Shown piece after piece: positions 11,470 through 25,567 of a DNA stretch of 64,000 nt (positions within the stretch are counted from its first letter, which is position 1; every line of letters starts with the position of its first letter). This stretch comes from Octopus sinensis (lineage: Eukaryota), in the NCBI RefSeq assembly GCF_006345805.1, contig NC_043000.1, forward strand, positions 102,300,001 through 102,364,000. Reading direction: 5' to 3'. The notes below the pieces were generated by a model. It was not told the DNA's origin and did no database searches. It was given only the letters and a program-made list of their open reading frames with translations. A program made the position numbers and the translations under genes.

Positions 11470-13870
11470 GCTAATGGCGAATAGAAACGTCAATTATAAA
11501 AAAAAAATGGCTTAATGACTCCAATTTTAGATGTTTTTATCGAAGTTCGAAGAACTCAAAACATTTTGAAATTATGTAGTTATGACTTATCTGGGGATGT
11601 TACCATACTTGAGAAACATCTAAAAGTATTCATACAAGTGCCCAGACTTCTAAAGTAATTTCCTACAGACTTCTACTTCATAGAACATGTCTCATGTGGT
11701 TTCCACTGCACTGAAAATATGTCACAGAGCACAATCTCATTAATTCAATACTAGACTATCTTCCACGTTTTCTATATAATGCATGACCTTATTCTAAAAT
11801 TGCTAAGAACAGTTGTCTTTTACGATTATGTTGGGAGGGAATACTTGGAAATTCTTATAGCACAATTAAAGAATATTAAATTTTTATCAATTATTCATGA
11901 AATTACAGATGCGTCTACAAAAATACAATTTGTTCTAGTAGCTAGATTTTATGATAGCCAAATTAAAAAGAAAAACAGTTGACAAGTATTTAGTTACTTT
12001 TAAAAACCAATTACTGTACTGCTCATGTCTTTTACAATGCTAGAGTAAACGTATTTGTTATTGGCATCCTATTTTTTAAAAATCTAATAAGCTTTAAAAA
12101 TGAAAATGCAAGTGTAATGATGAGGTCAAATGAAGTTCAAAGTCATCTGAGACAGAAAATGACATACAGGGTATGTTGACTTTTTGAGAACACCTCTTTC
12201 ACGAGCTCTAACTTTCTTAACTTTCTTCTAACTTATTATCTTATTTACCTAACTTTTCTCATAAATAATGTCAGACCTAAAGTTGACTCAGCAAAATAAG
12301 ACACCTGTAATCGTTGCCTTAAAAGCGCAGCGTAGTGATACAGAGGTAGCTCGCTTTCTTGAAGTTGCCCGATCTTTCGATGTCAAAGTTCGAAAGGAGC
12401 TGCAAGCTGCTGACAGGGATCCAGCATCAGCATCTAATCGCAAAACATATGCACAGGGTCCGAATACTATCAGAAAAAGTCCAAGAAGTAATCGATAAAA
12501 ATCCCAGAAAGTCAAAGAGAGCCATTGCAAAGGACCTCAAAGTTTTCAGAATGCAAGATCCCCAGATTTGTTCATGAGGACATCCGGTAAAAGTTGTATG
12601 CGGTGCGGAGGAGTTACTTTATGCCGGATGTGACAAGAGAGAATCGTTCGATCCGTGCACCGAAAGCGCTTGCTAAACAAGTTAAACACTAAGACGCTAG
12701 AAATGCTTTTGTTTTTCTCCGTTGAAAAAACTTCGATCACAACCAAAAGATAAACCGAAGGAACGACAGATGATTGTGCAGAGAAACCCGAATGAGGTTC
12801 GAACGGTCATGCATACTAAGTTCCCAGCATCTGTGATAGTTCTGGAAGTCGTCAGCAACGAGGTAGATATACTTTGTTCACTTTTTTACAAAGCCTAAGA
12901 GGCAATGCCACTGTCTATACAGAGGTGTTGGAGAAAGTTGTGTGGCCCTGAATAGACAACTTACGCTACGGAAGACTGTATGCCTTCCAACAAGACTTAG
13001 TACCGTCTCATAAGGCTAAGAATCTCCAAGCGTTGATGCATGCCAATCTCCATCATCATGTTCTCCCAGACACATGGCCTCTAGGCTCACTAGCTCTCAA
13101 TCCGCTGGACTATTACATATGGAGCGAGATCAATCAACACCCCTATAACGCCATACAATCTCTCAAACCCACTATAACCAGCACTATGTCCAAAACAGAT
13201 AAAGGTCATCTGATTCGGGCGTGTCAATGCTTCGGACCCCGTATTGAAACAGCCAATGATGTGAACGGTGGATTCATTAAATAGCCGTGTTAAAAGGATT
13301 TACAAGATTATTTGTGCCAATTTGTTTTCAAATATAGCTTTTCTTTGATGAGTCGTGCGTAGTTTTCTAAATTCATACAATGAACTCAAAAAAATTTACA
13401 CTCTTTGTATTTCTTTCTACAAAATCATGCATACTCTTCAATATATTTATATTTACGCGGATCTTGTACAGGTTCTGAACTTCCAAGTTCCTTAAAGGAG
13501 TTGTCAAGGACGATTTACTCATATCTGCCTAACAATCAAGAAATTATCAAAATAGGACAAAAGTTCAGGGATTTACTAAAACTTATCCTAAAAATATTCT
13601 GTATCATACATATACTCAACGGTTATCACTTCAGTATTTGTCAAGCACTGGTCTTATTTTTCCTTCAGAAGCATTAGAGGATTACTTCATTTACAATACA
13701 AGATATATCGAATTAGGTAAGAAATTCACTTTCACGTCTTTTAGTTTGCCATATATAAACAAAATATATTTAGAGTCATGCTGAGTTTCAGAAGTAAGTA
13801 GTACGGAAAGGTATCTTGATTAAGTTTATTACAATGAGAAGCAAAGAAACAAATATATAAAAAGTTTGAC
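11470..13870 (+). pseudogene. hAT transposase relic (ZNF862-like), split by a nested DD37D element
   Basis: FLSIIHEITDASTKIQFVLVARFYD (resembles FSxxxDESTD); NLISFKNENASVMM (resembles GFxSDGAxVMxG) just before 12165; ELPSSLKELSRTIYSY (resembles LPxxxExLxRxIYNY) just after 13409. Outer boundaries approximate. Confidence 0.65.
12167..13407 (+). mobile_element. DD37D (maT/rosa-related Tc1-mariner) transposon, near full length, frameshifted
   Basis: N-terminal HTH ORF 12268-12498; FFSVEK (first catalytic D replaced by V); FQQD followed by exactly 37 residues then D in NPLDYYIW; degenerate TIRs with TA on both sides (12165-12166, 13408-13409). Confidence 0.85.
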
Positions 13871-14399
13871 ATCAATGATTCTTCAGACTGCAGTTCGGCC
13901 AAGGGGACGAGCTGCGGGAAAGTGCAACGCACAAAAAGCAACCACACTTGTTCACACAGGCTTTAAAACAATAAGTAGTAAGATAGTTGTAATCAACTAA
14001 ACCCTTCAGTATGATGTTCCCAGTATACCGCAGTCCAATGACTGAAACAAGTGAAAAGATAAATGGATCTCAGGTAACTATTATTTCTTTTGGTAAGTAT
14101 GGGAGATAACTTCGAGCACGTTTCGTTCGTATTAGATTCTCATCAGTGAAGCCTGGACATCACTGAACTCGGCAAAGTAGCGATGAGAGAAATTGTAAAG
14201 TAGATGTACAATATTGTTCACTGGTTGCAGCAGATGACAGAAATTTTCAGAGCATAAATTACTCAAAGAAATTACTCATGCTCAAATAATTGAAACAATA
14301 TTTAGTCATTGAACAATATTGTTTTATCTCACAACATATTTATTTCCAGCAAGCTATTTTTAAAGCTCCTTGTGTTAACACTAACTTAACTACTGTTTT

Positions 14400-14434
14400 G
14401 TGCATGTGTGTGTATGTATGTGTGTGTGCGCGCG

Positions 14435-14465
<31 letters not shown>

Positions 14466-14614
14466 CTGTGTGTGTCTGTGTATGTGTGTGTCTGTGTGTG
14501 TGTGTCTGTGTGTGTGTGTGTCTGTGTGTGTGTGGTGTGTGTGTGTGTGTGTCTGTGTGTGTCTGTGTATGTGTGTGTCTGTGTGTGTGTGTCTGTGTGT
14601 GTGTGTGTCTCTGT

Positions 14615-14652
<38 letters not shown>
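14400..14652. repeat. (TG)n/(TGTC)n microsatellite
   Basis: Directly visible. Confidence 0.95.
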
Positions 14653-14653
<1 letters not shown>

Positions 14654-15664
14654 GGAGTGAGTGGCTGGCTTATCAACAAGTCAAGACAAGTGAAATGGTT
14701 GAGTAAATATTGTATTGAACAGCAAGTTCAAACAAAACGATTTCAAGTTAATTCCAGTCATTTCATTATGTATCTTACTTCTGCATGCACCACGACACAT
14801 AACTGGCGACAATAGAAACTGTGTGACTGCTCTAAGTTGTTGATTATGCTGACAGAGTTTTGTTTGTTTAGCTTTGTTTTGATAAATATCCTGCTTTATT
14901 ATTTATTGGATGTAGATGAGTTAGCGCTACAATATTTAACAGATGTAGTAGTATTCAACGAATTTCTGTTTAAAATGGGAGACAATTTTCCCTCAGATCG
15001 TCTTTTTTTTAATGAAAAGATAATAGAAGACAATGTAGACTGGATGGCCACAGCTGAAGACGGTTGGATGGCCACAGCTGAATATTTTTTTTTAAACGTG
15101 TGCCTCTTCCATCAGGGCTAATACAGAGTTAGCCACATTACTAACCACATCCAGAGTTAACATTACTGACCACATCGTCGTCGTCGTAGTCGTCGCCGCA
15201 GCCGTTGTTGTCATTACCTCTGCTGCCGCTATCACCGTCATCTTGTCGTCATCATCAAAACAACCAACATTATCATCATCACTATGCTTTGTGGTATTTA
15301 TTCTGGCACTATACGCGCTGAGTTCAAATTCAGTTGAAGTGAACTCTGCTTTTCGTTCTTTCTTCCTTCCATCACTGGACGAATGACGGCGGTTCCATGA
15401 AAAAGTCGTTATTTTGAACTGCTTCGGCACCTAAAACGAAATCTTATCGATATCATTGTGCATGACATCTTGGTCTGACTTGCGATTGATATTGTCCTTC
15501 ATATTATAGTAGCAGTTGTAGGAATTTTTTACCGAGCGTTTATTAAAATCGTCCTGTATCTGTAGTTTACTGGGAAAGGTTTATTTAACAGTGCCAGGAA
15601 TTTCTTACCTATGCTACATTTAACATTTACATTTATATAAATATATACATATATGTATATGAAC

Positions 15665-15730
<66 letters not shown>

Positions 15731-15955
15731 CGATAGGTGAATGAATTATCCTATGTTTACCGTCAACATGGAAAATTCGATGAACCGATACCAGGGTAGT
15801 AAATTCACGTTAGAAACACGGTTGAAGCGACCTGTCCAAGGGTAGGAACTCCGGGTTCATGTGCAGAAATTTGTGTGTTATATATGAATAAATAAATAAA
15901 GAGTAAAGGAATTTCGTTCAACTCCATTTATTTATTTATTTATTCATATATATAT

Positions 15956-16036
<81 letters not shown>

Positions 16037-16067
16037 TATAACAGATTAAGTCAAGTATACTAAGTAC

Positions 16068-16395
16068 GAGGTGAGGGTACGTGGCTTAGCGGTTAGGGTA
16101 TTTGGTTCACGATTGTTAGGTTATGAGTTCGATTTCCAAAAGTGCGTTGTGTCCTTCAGCAAGTCACTTTATTTGACGTTGCTTCAGCCCATTCAGCTGG
16201 CAAAAATGAGTAGTACATGTATCTCAAAGGATCAGCTTTGTCACAGCATGTGTCACACTGAATCTTCCTGAGAACCACGTTAAAAACACGCGTGTCTGTG
16301 GATTCCTCAGCCACTTGCACGTTAATATTTATGAGCAGGTTGTTCCGTTGATCGGATCAGCTGGAATCCTCACCGTCGTAATTGACGGAATGCCA
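16068..16395 (+). mobile_element. SINE family A variant (different 3' tail)
   Basis: gtggcttagcggttagg..gagttcgatttcc..gtgtccttcagcaagtcactt core; tail ends with hairpin ccgtcgtaattgacgg. Confidence 0.75.
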
Positions 16396-17069
16396 TTACG
16401 CGAATCCTATCCCAGTCAATTACACGCAAAGGATGTAGAGCTCACCCGTCTCAAACAGTCGTGAGAACTATTTTGGAATCAAGATAATTTCTACCCACGT
16501 GCATTACGAGTACCTTGTAGAGCATTTTATCTAAATGCCAGAGCCATTCGGTTAATCTTTTTCCACACGTTACGTCTGTACTTGCCAGAAACTGTTCCTT
16601 TCTGTTCTCATTCTCTTTTCTTGATTCGTAGATATAAATTAGATTATATTCAATCTTATGTCCGAAGCCAGTGACTTTTTATAACTCAATATTAAAATAT
16701 GGGAAACAAATTGATATCGTCTTTCTCCTTCAGGTTATACTTAACACCTTAACACACCACTTAGTATTTTCGTTTCTGCCGGATATATTTTGCTCTTAAT
16801 ATCGCTTCGTTCGTTTCAGGTTTACCAGCGTAGCCAGATACCCTTTGCTGTTAACAAATCTATTAGTGTCTAATTCTGACAGGTTGAATACGGGAAGGAT
16901 AAGTATGAAGCCAATTATAGATTATTACCGATTCTACACCACGTCGCAGCAGGATCATTTTAGCTCCTGTCTAGGTCTGAATATTCTGTAAGATTTCTGA
17001 CAAAAGTTTTCTTCATCTTCAGTTGCCAACTTTCTTCCTCTTATAAAATATTATTGAATTTTCCATTAA

Positions 17070-17345
17070 TCATTATCATCATCGATGTCGTAGTCCCCGC
17101 CATTATCATCATCATCATCATCATCGTCGTCGTCGTCGTTGTCTCCGTAATCCTCCTCCTCCTCCTTCTCATCATCATCATCATCACCATCACGATCATC
17201 ATCATCATCATCATCACCATCGCGATCATCATCATTACCACCACCACCACCACCAAGCACCACCACCACTACGACTGCCACCACATTATCCGCTCCACCA
17301 GTATCATCATCATCCTCGTTGTCACCATCATCGTCGTCGTCATTT
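17070..17345. repeat. (ATC)/(ACC)/(GTC) trinucleotide tract
   Basis: Directly visible. Confidence 0.9.
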
Positions 17346-17379
17346 AATTCTCTTATTATCATTGTTGAACCCAGAGGTC

Positions 17380-17541
17380 TGGATTCAAATTCCGCCGAGG
17401 TCGACTTTGCTCTTCATCTTTTCGGGGTCGATTAAATAAGTACCAGTTACGCACTGGGGTCGATGTAATCGACTTAATACCTTTGTCTGTCTTTGTTAGT
17501 CCCCTCTATGTTTAGCCCCTTGTGGGCAATAAAGAAATAAA
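17380..17541 (+). mobile_element. 5'-truncated SINE family B
   Basis: ttcaaattccgccgaggtcgactttg..tttagccccttgtgggcaataaagaaataa. Confidence 0.8.
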
Positions 17542-17827
17542 TATATTGATACATCAGTAGAAGATATGAGTGCCACAACTTACTGTATATTCGCTCATAT
17601 CTGATTCATCCATTTTAAATAAACGAAACACACACATTTCCCCCACCACCATTACCATCATTATAATCGTCTTCAACTAGCTAACAAATATGCGGTCGGT
17701 CGACATGCTAGAAATAGTAGCCAAATACATCTCTCTCAAACACATTTGCCGTTTTTAAAAACTGAATAATCCATTGGCCTATGTAGTCATGGATATACAA
17801 ATCCAAAGCAGGGATGGTAGTGGTTGA

Positions 17828-18205
17828 AATGTATAGTCATTGGTTTGCTCGAGCAGAAGTAGTAGGGAAGCATCATAGAGGAATGTGGTGAGAGGAATTT
17901 GGGGGAATTTGAATAATTTATCACTGGAAACATGGGTGTTTCGTTCAACATCTTTAAACAACTATTATCCAGGGACCTTCTCAGCGGGATGGGCTACTCG
18001 ACCTGAAGAAAATTCTAACTGGGCCCCACCTGCAAGGTCATGTGCTGTTTATCTTCATATTAAATTATCATGTCGCGCACATATGGTTGTGATGCTTGTG
18101 CCTGGTGTACCCTTGTCAGACGCGTAGTCATGATGGGTATATTGCGCTTCGTATGTTTCTACACCAGTGTCACTTTGATAGCGTGTACTGCTCTCTCACT
18201 CAATA
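17828..18205 (+). mobile_element. Unclassified interspersed element ending in (AAC/AAT)n, 5'-truncated copy of 58945-59502
   Basis: Reverse complement of the 58945-59320 part (for example gggccccacctgcaaggtcatgtgctgtttatct, ctctctcactcaataa). Confidence 0.8.
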
Positions 18206-18243
18206 ACGACGACAAAAACAACAACAACAACAACAACAACAAC

Positions 18244-18276
<33 letters not shown>

Positions 18277-18929
18277 CCTCTCTTTCAGGCACAAGGCCTG
18301 AAATTTGGTGGGGAGGAGGGAGCTAGTTGATTACATCGACCTCAGTGCTCAGCTGGTACTTTATCGACCCAGGAAAAGCAAAGACGACTTCGATGATGAT
18401 GATGATGGCGGCTGCAACGACGATGGTTTCTTTATTAACAACGAAGCCTCAATATATACAAAAACAATATAAGTTCATTTAAAAAATATTTTTTGTTATC
18501 CAATGCTCTATTCCAACGCTAAGACGCATTTTGTTATTTACTATATGCTATATGCTATACTTCAGAAGAGAACAATCGTATCACATGATCACACGCTTCA
18601 ATAACACACACGGCTGGAATTCGGCCACTAAGTCTGATATAAGATAGCTATTTATACTCTGCTATTGTCTGCTAGTCTCAGATTACGTCTTAGATCTTGT
18701 AGAATTAATAGTGTCAGAGTTTCACCTAAAATTACGCCTTTGTCAATTTGTCAAATTTCATTACAAATCATTTTCCTGTTATATATGTTTCTATGCGGCA
18801 TTCGTGCGTGCGTTGTCTACCTGTCTACTGATGTATGTGTGTATATATGTGTATGTGTATGTGGGAGGAAAATGTGTGTATAAATTTATGTTTGAATATC
18901 TGTATGTATTAAAGTATGTATGTGAAAGT

Positions 18930-19000
18930 ATGTGTGTGTGTGCACGTACGTGTAGTTGGCTGTCTGACTCTCAATCTCGTTCCTTCTATGTGTATGTATA

Positions 19001-19062
<62 letters not shown>

Positions 19063-19088
19063 AACATACATGTGCGTGTATATGTGTG

Positions 19089-19126
<38 letters not shown>

Positions 19127-19185
19127 TACACATATATGTATATGCAAAAACTTGTGTGTATATATAGATGTGTGTGTGTGTGTCT
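18930..19185. repeat. (TA)n/(TG)n microsatellite
   Basis: Directly visible. Confidence 0.95.
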
Positions 19186-19564
19186 TTATATGCTTATGTA
19201 TTTATTCCTGTACTTTGTGAGTATATATAATTTTATAAGTGTATATTCATATACGTAAATATATGTGTTCGTACACACGCACACGGTCGCACGCATAAAT
19301 ATACATACAGTAGTTCTGAGTGGATACCTTCAGTAGATATTCATTAAATCAGACATTACAGTTCTTTTAGACCTTGTTCTACCATAAATTCTCATAGTCG
19401 CAACTACAGGCACTGTCACAATGGAAACAACACGCACAACAATAATATTAACAATTACAGTGATTTATTTGATAGATACAGGGGCGCAGACTTTCTGCTT
19501 AGAATGTAGTCTCGTAATAACAAAGCTTGCGTGTGTAGTTAAGAATTTTCCTTCTCAACCACAG

Positions 19565-20200
19565 AGGTCTGGGTTCAAATTCCGCCGAGGTCGACTTTGC
19601 CGTTCATCGTTTCGATGTCGATTAAATAAGTACCAATTACGCACTGGTAATCGACTTAATACATTTGTCTGTCCTTGTTTGTCCCCTCTATGCTTAGCCC
19701 CTTGTGGGCAATAAAGAAATAAATATATCTCCACGTTCTTTAATCAGATCAACAACAACAAGCCAGAGAGTCGGAAGAATCGCTAGCACACCGGACAAAA
19801 CGCATAACAGTATTTCTTTCAGATTTTATTTATTTATTTATTTTTTCAAATTCAAATTCCGCCAAGGTTGACTTTGTCCTTCATTTCTTAGAGTTCCATG
19901 AAATAAGTATCAGTTGAACACTGGTGCCGATGTAATCCACAAGGCCCCTCCCCAACAAATTTAAGCCTTGTGCCTGCAATAACAAGAATTATTATTAAAG
20001 GCAGCGAGTGGGAAGAATCATTACCACTTCGAACAAAATGCTTAGAGATAATTCTTGTGACTTTACATTGTGAGTTGAAATGCAACTGTGATCGACTTTG
20101 CGTTTAATCTTTTAGGGGGCAATAAAATTAGTACCTGTCGAACACTGAGGTCGACTAACTTCTTCCCACTAAATTTCAGGCCCCGTATTTATAGTAGAAA
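19565..20200 (+). mobile_element. Cluster of three SINE family B copies
   Basis: Repeated ttcaaattccgcc/gactttg/aagtacc/aaatttcaggcc motifs at ~19570, ~19770 and ~20000. Confidence 0.7.
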
Positions 20201-21301
20201 AAGTTATTGGTTTTGTTTATTGTGATTTTTGTTGCTTCAAATTTTGGCACACGGTCAGCAATCTTAAGATGAGACCAGTTCCCTAAGGTTGATGTAATCG
20301 ACTAATCCCCTCCTCTGAACTTGCTGGCCTTATTCCGTTTTGTTATTTTCAATATTATTATTTTTGGTGTAGAAACTGTCCTCAGTATTATTGTAAATCG
20401 TAAAGTTATGGTTATAATTATTATTATTCTTTCTATAGTTATTTATATTATGATTACTGTCAGTTTTATTGGGGCTTTACCTTTAAATTACCTACTACCG
20501 TATACCTTATAACGAGGACTATACATAGTGAGGTAATGCACGAGGAGTGCCTACGGATGCATCTATCCCTTAGATGATTGCATAACCTCTAACTTATATC
20601 TTGCTTATATATGCTGATGCACATACACATACGCACATACAAACATGTACTTTCATACAGAAGACCTTGTACTAAAGGATAAAGAGAAACTGGCAACTTT
20701 CCTTCTGTCACGCTAAGTGTTGAGTGCAGAATGAGAAACTAGTGGCTGTACTGAGAAAGATGGAAGAGTGAGAAAAAGTATCATAAAGAGAGGTGGAGTA
20801 AATATGTAAATAGATGGGTGGAGAAATAACTGCGTAAGAAAGGAACCAAGAAAGAGAGAGAGAGAAGGGGAGAGAGAAAGAAAGAAAGAAAGAAAGAGAA
20901 GGGGAGAGAGAAAGAAAGAAAGAGAGAGAAAGAAATAAAGAAAGAGAGAGAAAGAAATAAAGAAAGAAAGAGAGGGAGAAAACTTGTCAACTGTCAGCCG
21001 GTAAGGATACAACTTTGTGGGCATGACAGTAAAATATTAGGAGAGATGGCAGAAAGAGAAAAGTAAGGGAGAGGAGGTGGAAAAAGAAGCATGGAGCTCT
21101 ACTTTAGAAAGAGGGAATAAACATGATAGAATAATAGCTGCTTACAGAGTGATCGAATTGCTGAGAGAATGGTAGAGATAGGGAGAGACAGACAGGTAGC
21201 ACGACAAAGTGAGCATTTTTTATAACGCCGAAGTCTGAGAAAGAAAAGACGTTAGAAGAAAATAAGCGAAAAAGTTTGGGGCTGAGAGAGAATAGCCACC
21301 G

Positions 21302-21345
<44 letters not shown>

Positions 21346-22182
21346 GTGTGTGTGAGTGTGTGTAAGGAGAGCTCTACATACATACATCCATACAAACATA
21401 CATACATAAGAAGGCAAGAAATAGTGAAGTGTTGGGGTGACTGAGTGCGAATAATGAAGAAAAGTTAATGCATTGAGAGCTTATGCGTGAGGAAGAGTTG
21501 TAAAGCTAAGCAAAGAATAGGAGAAAGAGAAGCCCAAGGAATTGCAAGAAGTTTTTCAAACGTGTTGCAAGTAATTGTAAGTTAAACAGACGAAGTTTCT
21601 CAGTCACGAAGAAATTGTTCGACATCGAAGTTTAAAAAGAAGGCGAAAATTATTACAAAAAGTCAATATTTCTGGAAAGAAATGTTAGTACTTCAAAATG
21701 ACAGGAAACAAAAAGAAAGTGAAACTGGTAACACAGTATAAAATATATGAATATTGATTTTCCCAACACATAAAACACTTTTATTACAAAAAAAAAGGTA
21801 ATCTCCCTGAAATTACCCAACGTCTTATCACTAAAAGGTCAGATTGTAGGAAAGAGTTTCTTAACTGGAGTCAGTCTTCACTGAAAACTCAGTAACGTAA
21901 TATAAACCTACAATTATAATTTACATTTAATTAATATATCGCAATATTATTATTATCTTAACTATTAGTGCTGTTTAATTTGATGAGAAATCGTAATAAG
22001 TTTAGAAAGATTTGGGGCACCGATAACTGAATGCCATATGCTTATTCCGTTTATCGTGCATTGACTATGAGGATGCTTTATATGCCACTTGTAAGTAAAG
22101 AGAAATACCACTGAAGCGGACGCCATGCTTTAGTTTAGTTATCAGTTTAGTTATTCAGCTGACAATACTAACTTACTACACA

Positions 22183-23300
22183 ATGGATACTAAGCAGAAG
22201 ATGCATAAATATAGAATTAGTTACAAACGACAAGTCGTTGAATATGCTAAACAACACGGCAACATGGCAGCTGAATCGTGAATGGAAAAAACAAGAGGAG
22301 ATATTTAAGAAAACGGGAATGGAAAAAAACAGAGTCTATCATAAATAAGTAAAATTACCACAATTGGAAGAAGCCATAAAATTATGGATATGCAGTCAAC
22401 AATGTATGGCATATATAGTTTCAACAAAGATAATAATACACCAGGAGATTGGTAAAAAGAAAAGAGAAAAAAGAGAAATATACTAGCAGATGTGTTTGTT
22501 AGATATTCTTTTCGTCTGTTTCATGAGACGGTACAACCTAAGCACAAGAGTAAACGCTAGGATTGCAAAGAATATGCCTAAGGAGTATGAATAAATTTCC
22601 TGGCATTTCCCAAACAAACGATCGACGCCAGAAAAAGAAATTATGAACTTGGGCAATGAGGCAATATGAATGAAAATGCATCAATTCTCAATGTGCCATC
22701 AGATAAAACTATTGACGATAAAAGTACTTAGACAATGACTATAGAAAATAACTGGGCATGAAGAAAATATAATTTAGTATTTATTTATTTATTTATTTTT
22801 CTTTGATTTGATGTGCAGACAAAACAAATCCTTAAACGGAAAAGCAATGCCCGAAAAAAATTATCTGATCTAATGTTCTTATTTATCACAGATGACTGGA
22901 CAAAGACGATATGAAACTTTAGTTACATTGCTTCTGCATCCTGGTGGTTTGTTGAAGAGAACAGCATTACTAGTATAGCATCAGTTCCAAGTTCACCAAA
23001 CAGAAGTAAGAAAAGAAAACTTGAGCAATTAAAAATTAAACAAATAGTTGTCGGCAGTTTAACGTCGCAATTTTAGTCAACAAGTCATTCAGCAGTCTTG
23101 TACGAGTGGAACAAATAGATGGTATCTGGGAAATTAATATTGGGACAAATGAAGTAACTTATGGTCGAACAGGTATGTTATGGGACAAAATCCACGTGGG
23201 CAGCTGTGAGGGTAGAAATATTAGCCAAAGCATTAAAATTAAGGAATCAGTAATGCAAGATATGACACCGAGGATGAACTTCTCAACGAAAATAGCAAGG
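22183..23300 (+). pseudogene. pogo (POGK-like, Brinker DBD + CENP-B HTH + DDE) transposase relic
   Basis: MDTKQKMHKYRISYKRQVVEYAKQHGNMAA; PQLEEAIKLWI; FMRRYNLSTR..IAKNMPKEYE; GNMNE (resembles GNMDET)..TGHE; GISNARYDTEDELL; many stops and frameshifts. Confidence 0.75.
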
Positions 23301-23379
23301 ATCAATAATGAGCAACAAGCTATTGTAACAGTGATATCACTATTACACCAGTGATTGCTGAGCAGTTATATTTAATTGT

Positions 23380-23710
23380 GAAGGTGCGTGGCTCAGGGCT
23401 TAGAGCATCGGGCTCACAAACATGAGGTAGCGAGTTCGATTCCCAGACCGGGCTGTGTGTTGTATTCTTGAGCAAGACACTTTATTTCACGTTCTGCCAG
23501 TTCACTCAGCTGTAGAAATGAGTTGCGACGTTACTGGTGCCAAACTAAATTCATCTTTGACTTTCCCTTGGATAACACTGGTAGCGTGGAGAAGGGAGGC
23601 TGGCATGCATGGGTGACTGCTAGTCTTCCATAAACAACTTTTCTTGGAATTGTGCCTCGGAGGGCAACTTTCTTGGTGCAATCCCGTGGTCATTCTTGAC
23701 TGAAGTAGGG
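23380..23710 (+). mobile_element. SINE family A variant
   Basis: gtggctcagggcttagagcatcgggctcac..gagttcgattcccagaccgggc..ttcttgagcaagacactt. Confidence 0.8.
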
Positions 23711-23811
23711 TATATAACCTTTTTTTATATTTAACTGAAAGTAAACGAAACACTGAGCCTTCAGCTGTCTATAACAATCACGAGAAACATATTTCATATT
23801 GGTTCCATATT

Positions 23812-24007
23812 TTGGTACAAGGCCAGCAGTTTATGAGGAGGGGTAAGTTGATTGCATTTATTCCCCAGTGATCACCTGGTACTTATTTTATCGATTCCGA
23901 AAGGGTAAAAAGTGAAGTCGACCTCGATAAAACTTGAACTCAGAACATAAAGATGGACAAAATGCCGCTAAGCATTTTACCCGGCGTGATAACGATTCAC
24001 CACCTTA
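23812..24007 (-). mobile_element. SINE family B
   Basis: Reverse complement of aaggtggtgaatcgttatcacgccggg..gttctgagttcaag..gaggtcgacttc..aagtaccag. Confidence 0.7.
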
Positions 24008-25567
24008 AAACTATATCCCCAAAATAAGTTTCGAAGCAGAGAAGTGAGGAATCTCTCTCTCTCTCTCCCTCTCGCTCCCTCCCTCTCCCTCTCTCTTGTT
24101 TTTGTAGACTTTTTCTTTCTCACTTCCTGTGAATATAAGTGGGACGAGGATGCACACAGATCTCTACAGCATATAGTGAAGACCAATAAGTTGAGCAGCT
24201 ATTCGAGATTTGGTAATTTCTCAGAAACGTTTACAGAGGTGGTTGGAATTGAAACATGGCCTGTAGATAGTTCGTAATAACTATACCCAAAAGCAGTGCA
24301 CAAAATTTTGCCAATGTGCAGTAGTTGCGTTCCAAGTTAAATATTTTTTACAATATAAATCTTAGAAAATATCTAATAATAATTCTGCTTGTTCCTCCAT
24401 TAGTTATATACTTAGCCCGAGAAAAAGAGAGAGAAAGAAGGAGAGAAAAACAGAGAGTAAGGCGAAGAGTGAGAGAGAAAGACGGGGAGAGAAAAAGAGG
24501 GAGAGTGAAGCGTCCATGACGTGAAGTATGAGGAACGTTATATTTATTAGGTGGTTTAAAATGTTAGTTGAAGGTAGTGATACAAGCGAGATTTAGAAAA
24601 TAATTTTAGCAGAGGGGTGATGATTTGATGTGGAGGTTAAAAGTAAAGAGAGAAAGAGGTGGTGATGGTGGTGGTGAGTGGATAGTGAAAAGCGTATTTT
24701 TTTTTTAATTGAACTAAGCTTTTTATATCATCTGTCACTTAACGGATGCGCAATTATTGATCATCTGCTCGCTTGGAAATTGATATTTGTTTACAAAATA
24801 TAAATGACAGACGATGTAAGCTGGCAACAGAAAGAATGAAACAAATAGACAATGACGCAAAGAGAAACATAAGGTCGAAACACTAGAACAAGAACGGGAA
24901 AATCAACGTGTAGAAGGGAAAATACGAATCAAAAAGTATGGAGTGAGTATTTACAACAGATAAGGAGACGTACTCAAGCTAGAAGATAAAATGTAAATCA
25001 GAGAGAACGACCAAAAACAAACCTATAAACATACGGTTGAAAGTTACATTAGTGACGTGAATATTCTCTATAATCGTTATGAAACTCTTATATTATAAAT
25101 GAACCACCGAACTTCTGAGACTGTGTACGGGAAATTCATGCTCCTTCAGTTACAGCCTTATCTAGAAGATCTGAAATGTGTTTTTTTTTAATGAAATTAT
25201 ACAGAATATACAATTTAGAAAGGAACGCTAATTTGTATGTCTCTATATAAACTTACAACCATCTAAAAAATATTTCGCATTTGCTGTGGACTTTCCACGG
25301 GTATTTCCAGTATTTATAGATAAGCGAAAACTTATTTCAAAGAATGCCTGTTGTCTATTATGAACTGAAAATATATTTCAAAGAAGACGAAATGAATGGA
25401 GCAAGACTGAGGGAGGAAAACTATAAATTACTGAAACTAAAGAGAATAAACCTTATTATTTTTGACGGGTACTACGCTAATTTATTTATAACTATGGTTC
25501 TATTATAGTTACTTAAAATCTTCACATTCACCCGCCCTCTTTGCTTCTAGATAGTATGGCTATGTAT

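Noticed and set aside
14290-14815. Cys/Val- and His/Thr-rich ORFs
   Set aside because: (TG)n microsatellite artefacts; the same applies to the YI-repeat ORFs at 3.6, 18.9, 36 and 59.7 kb.
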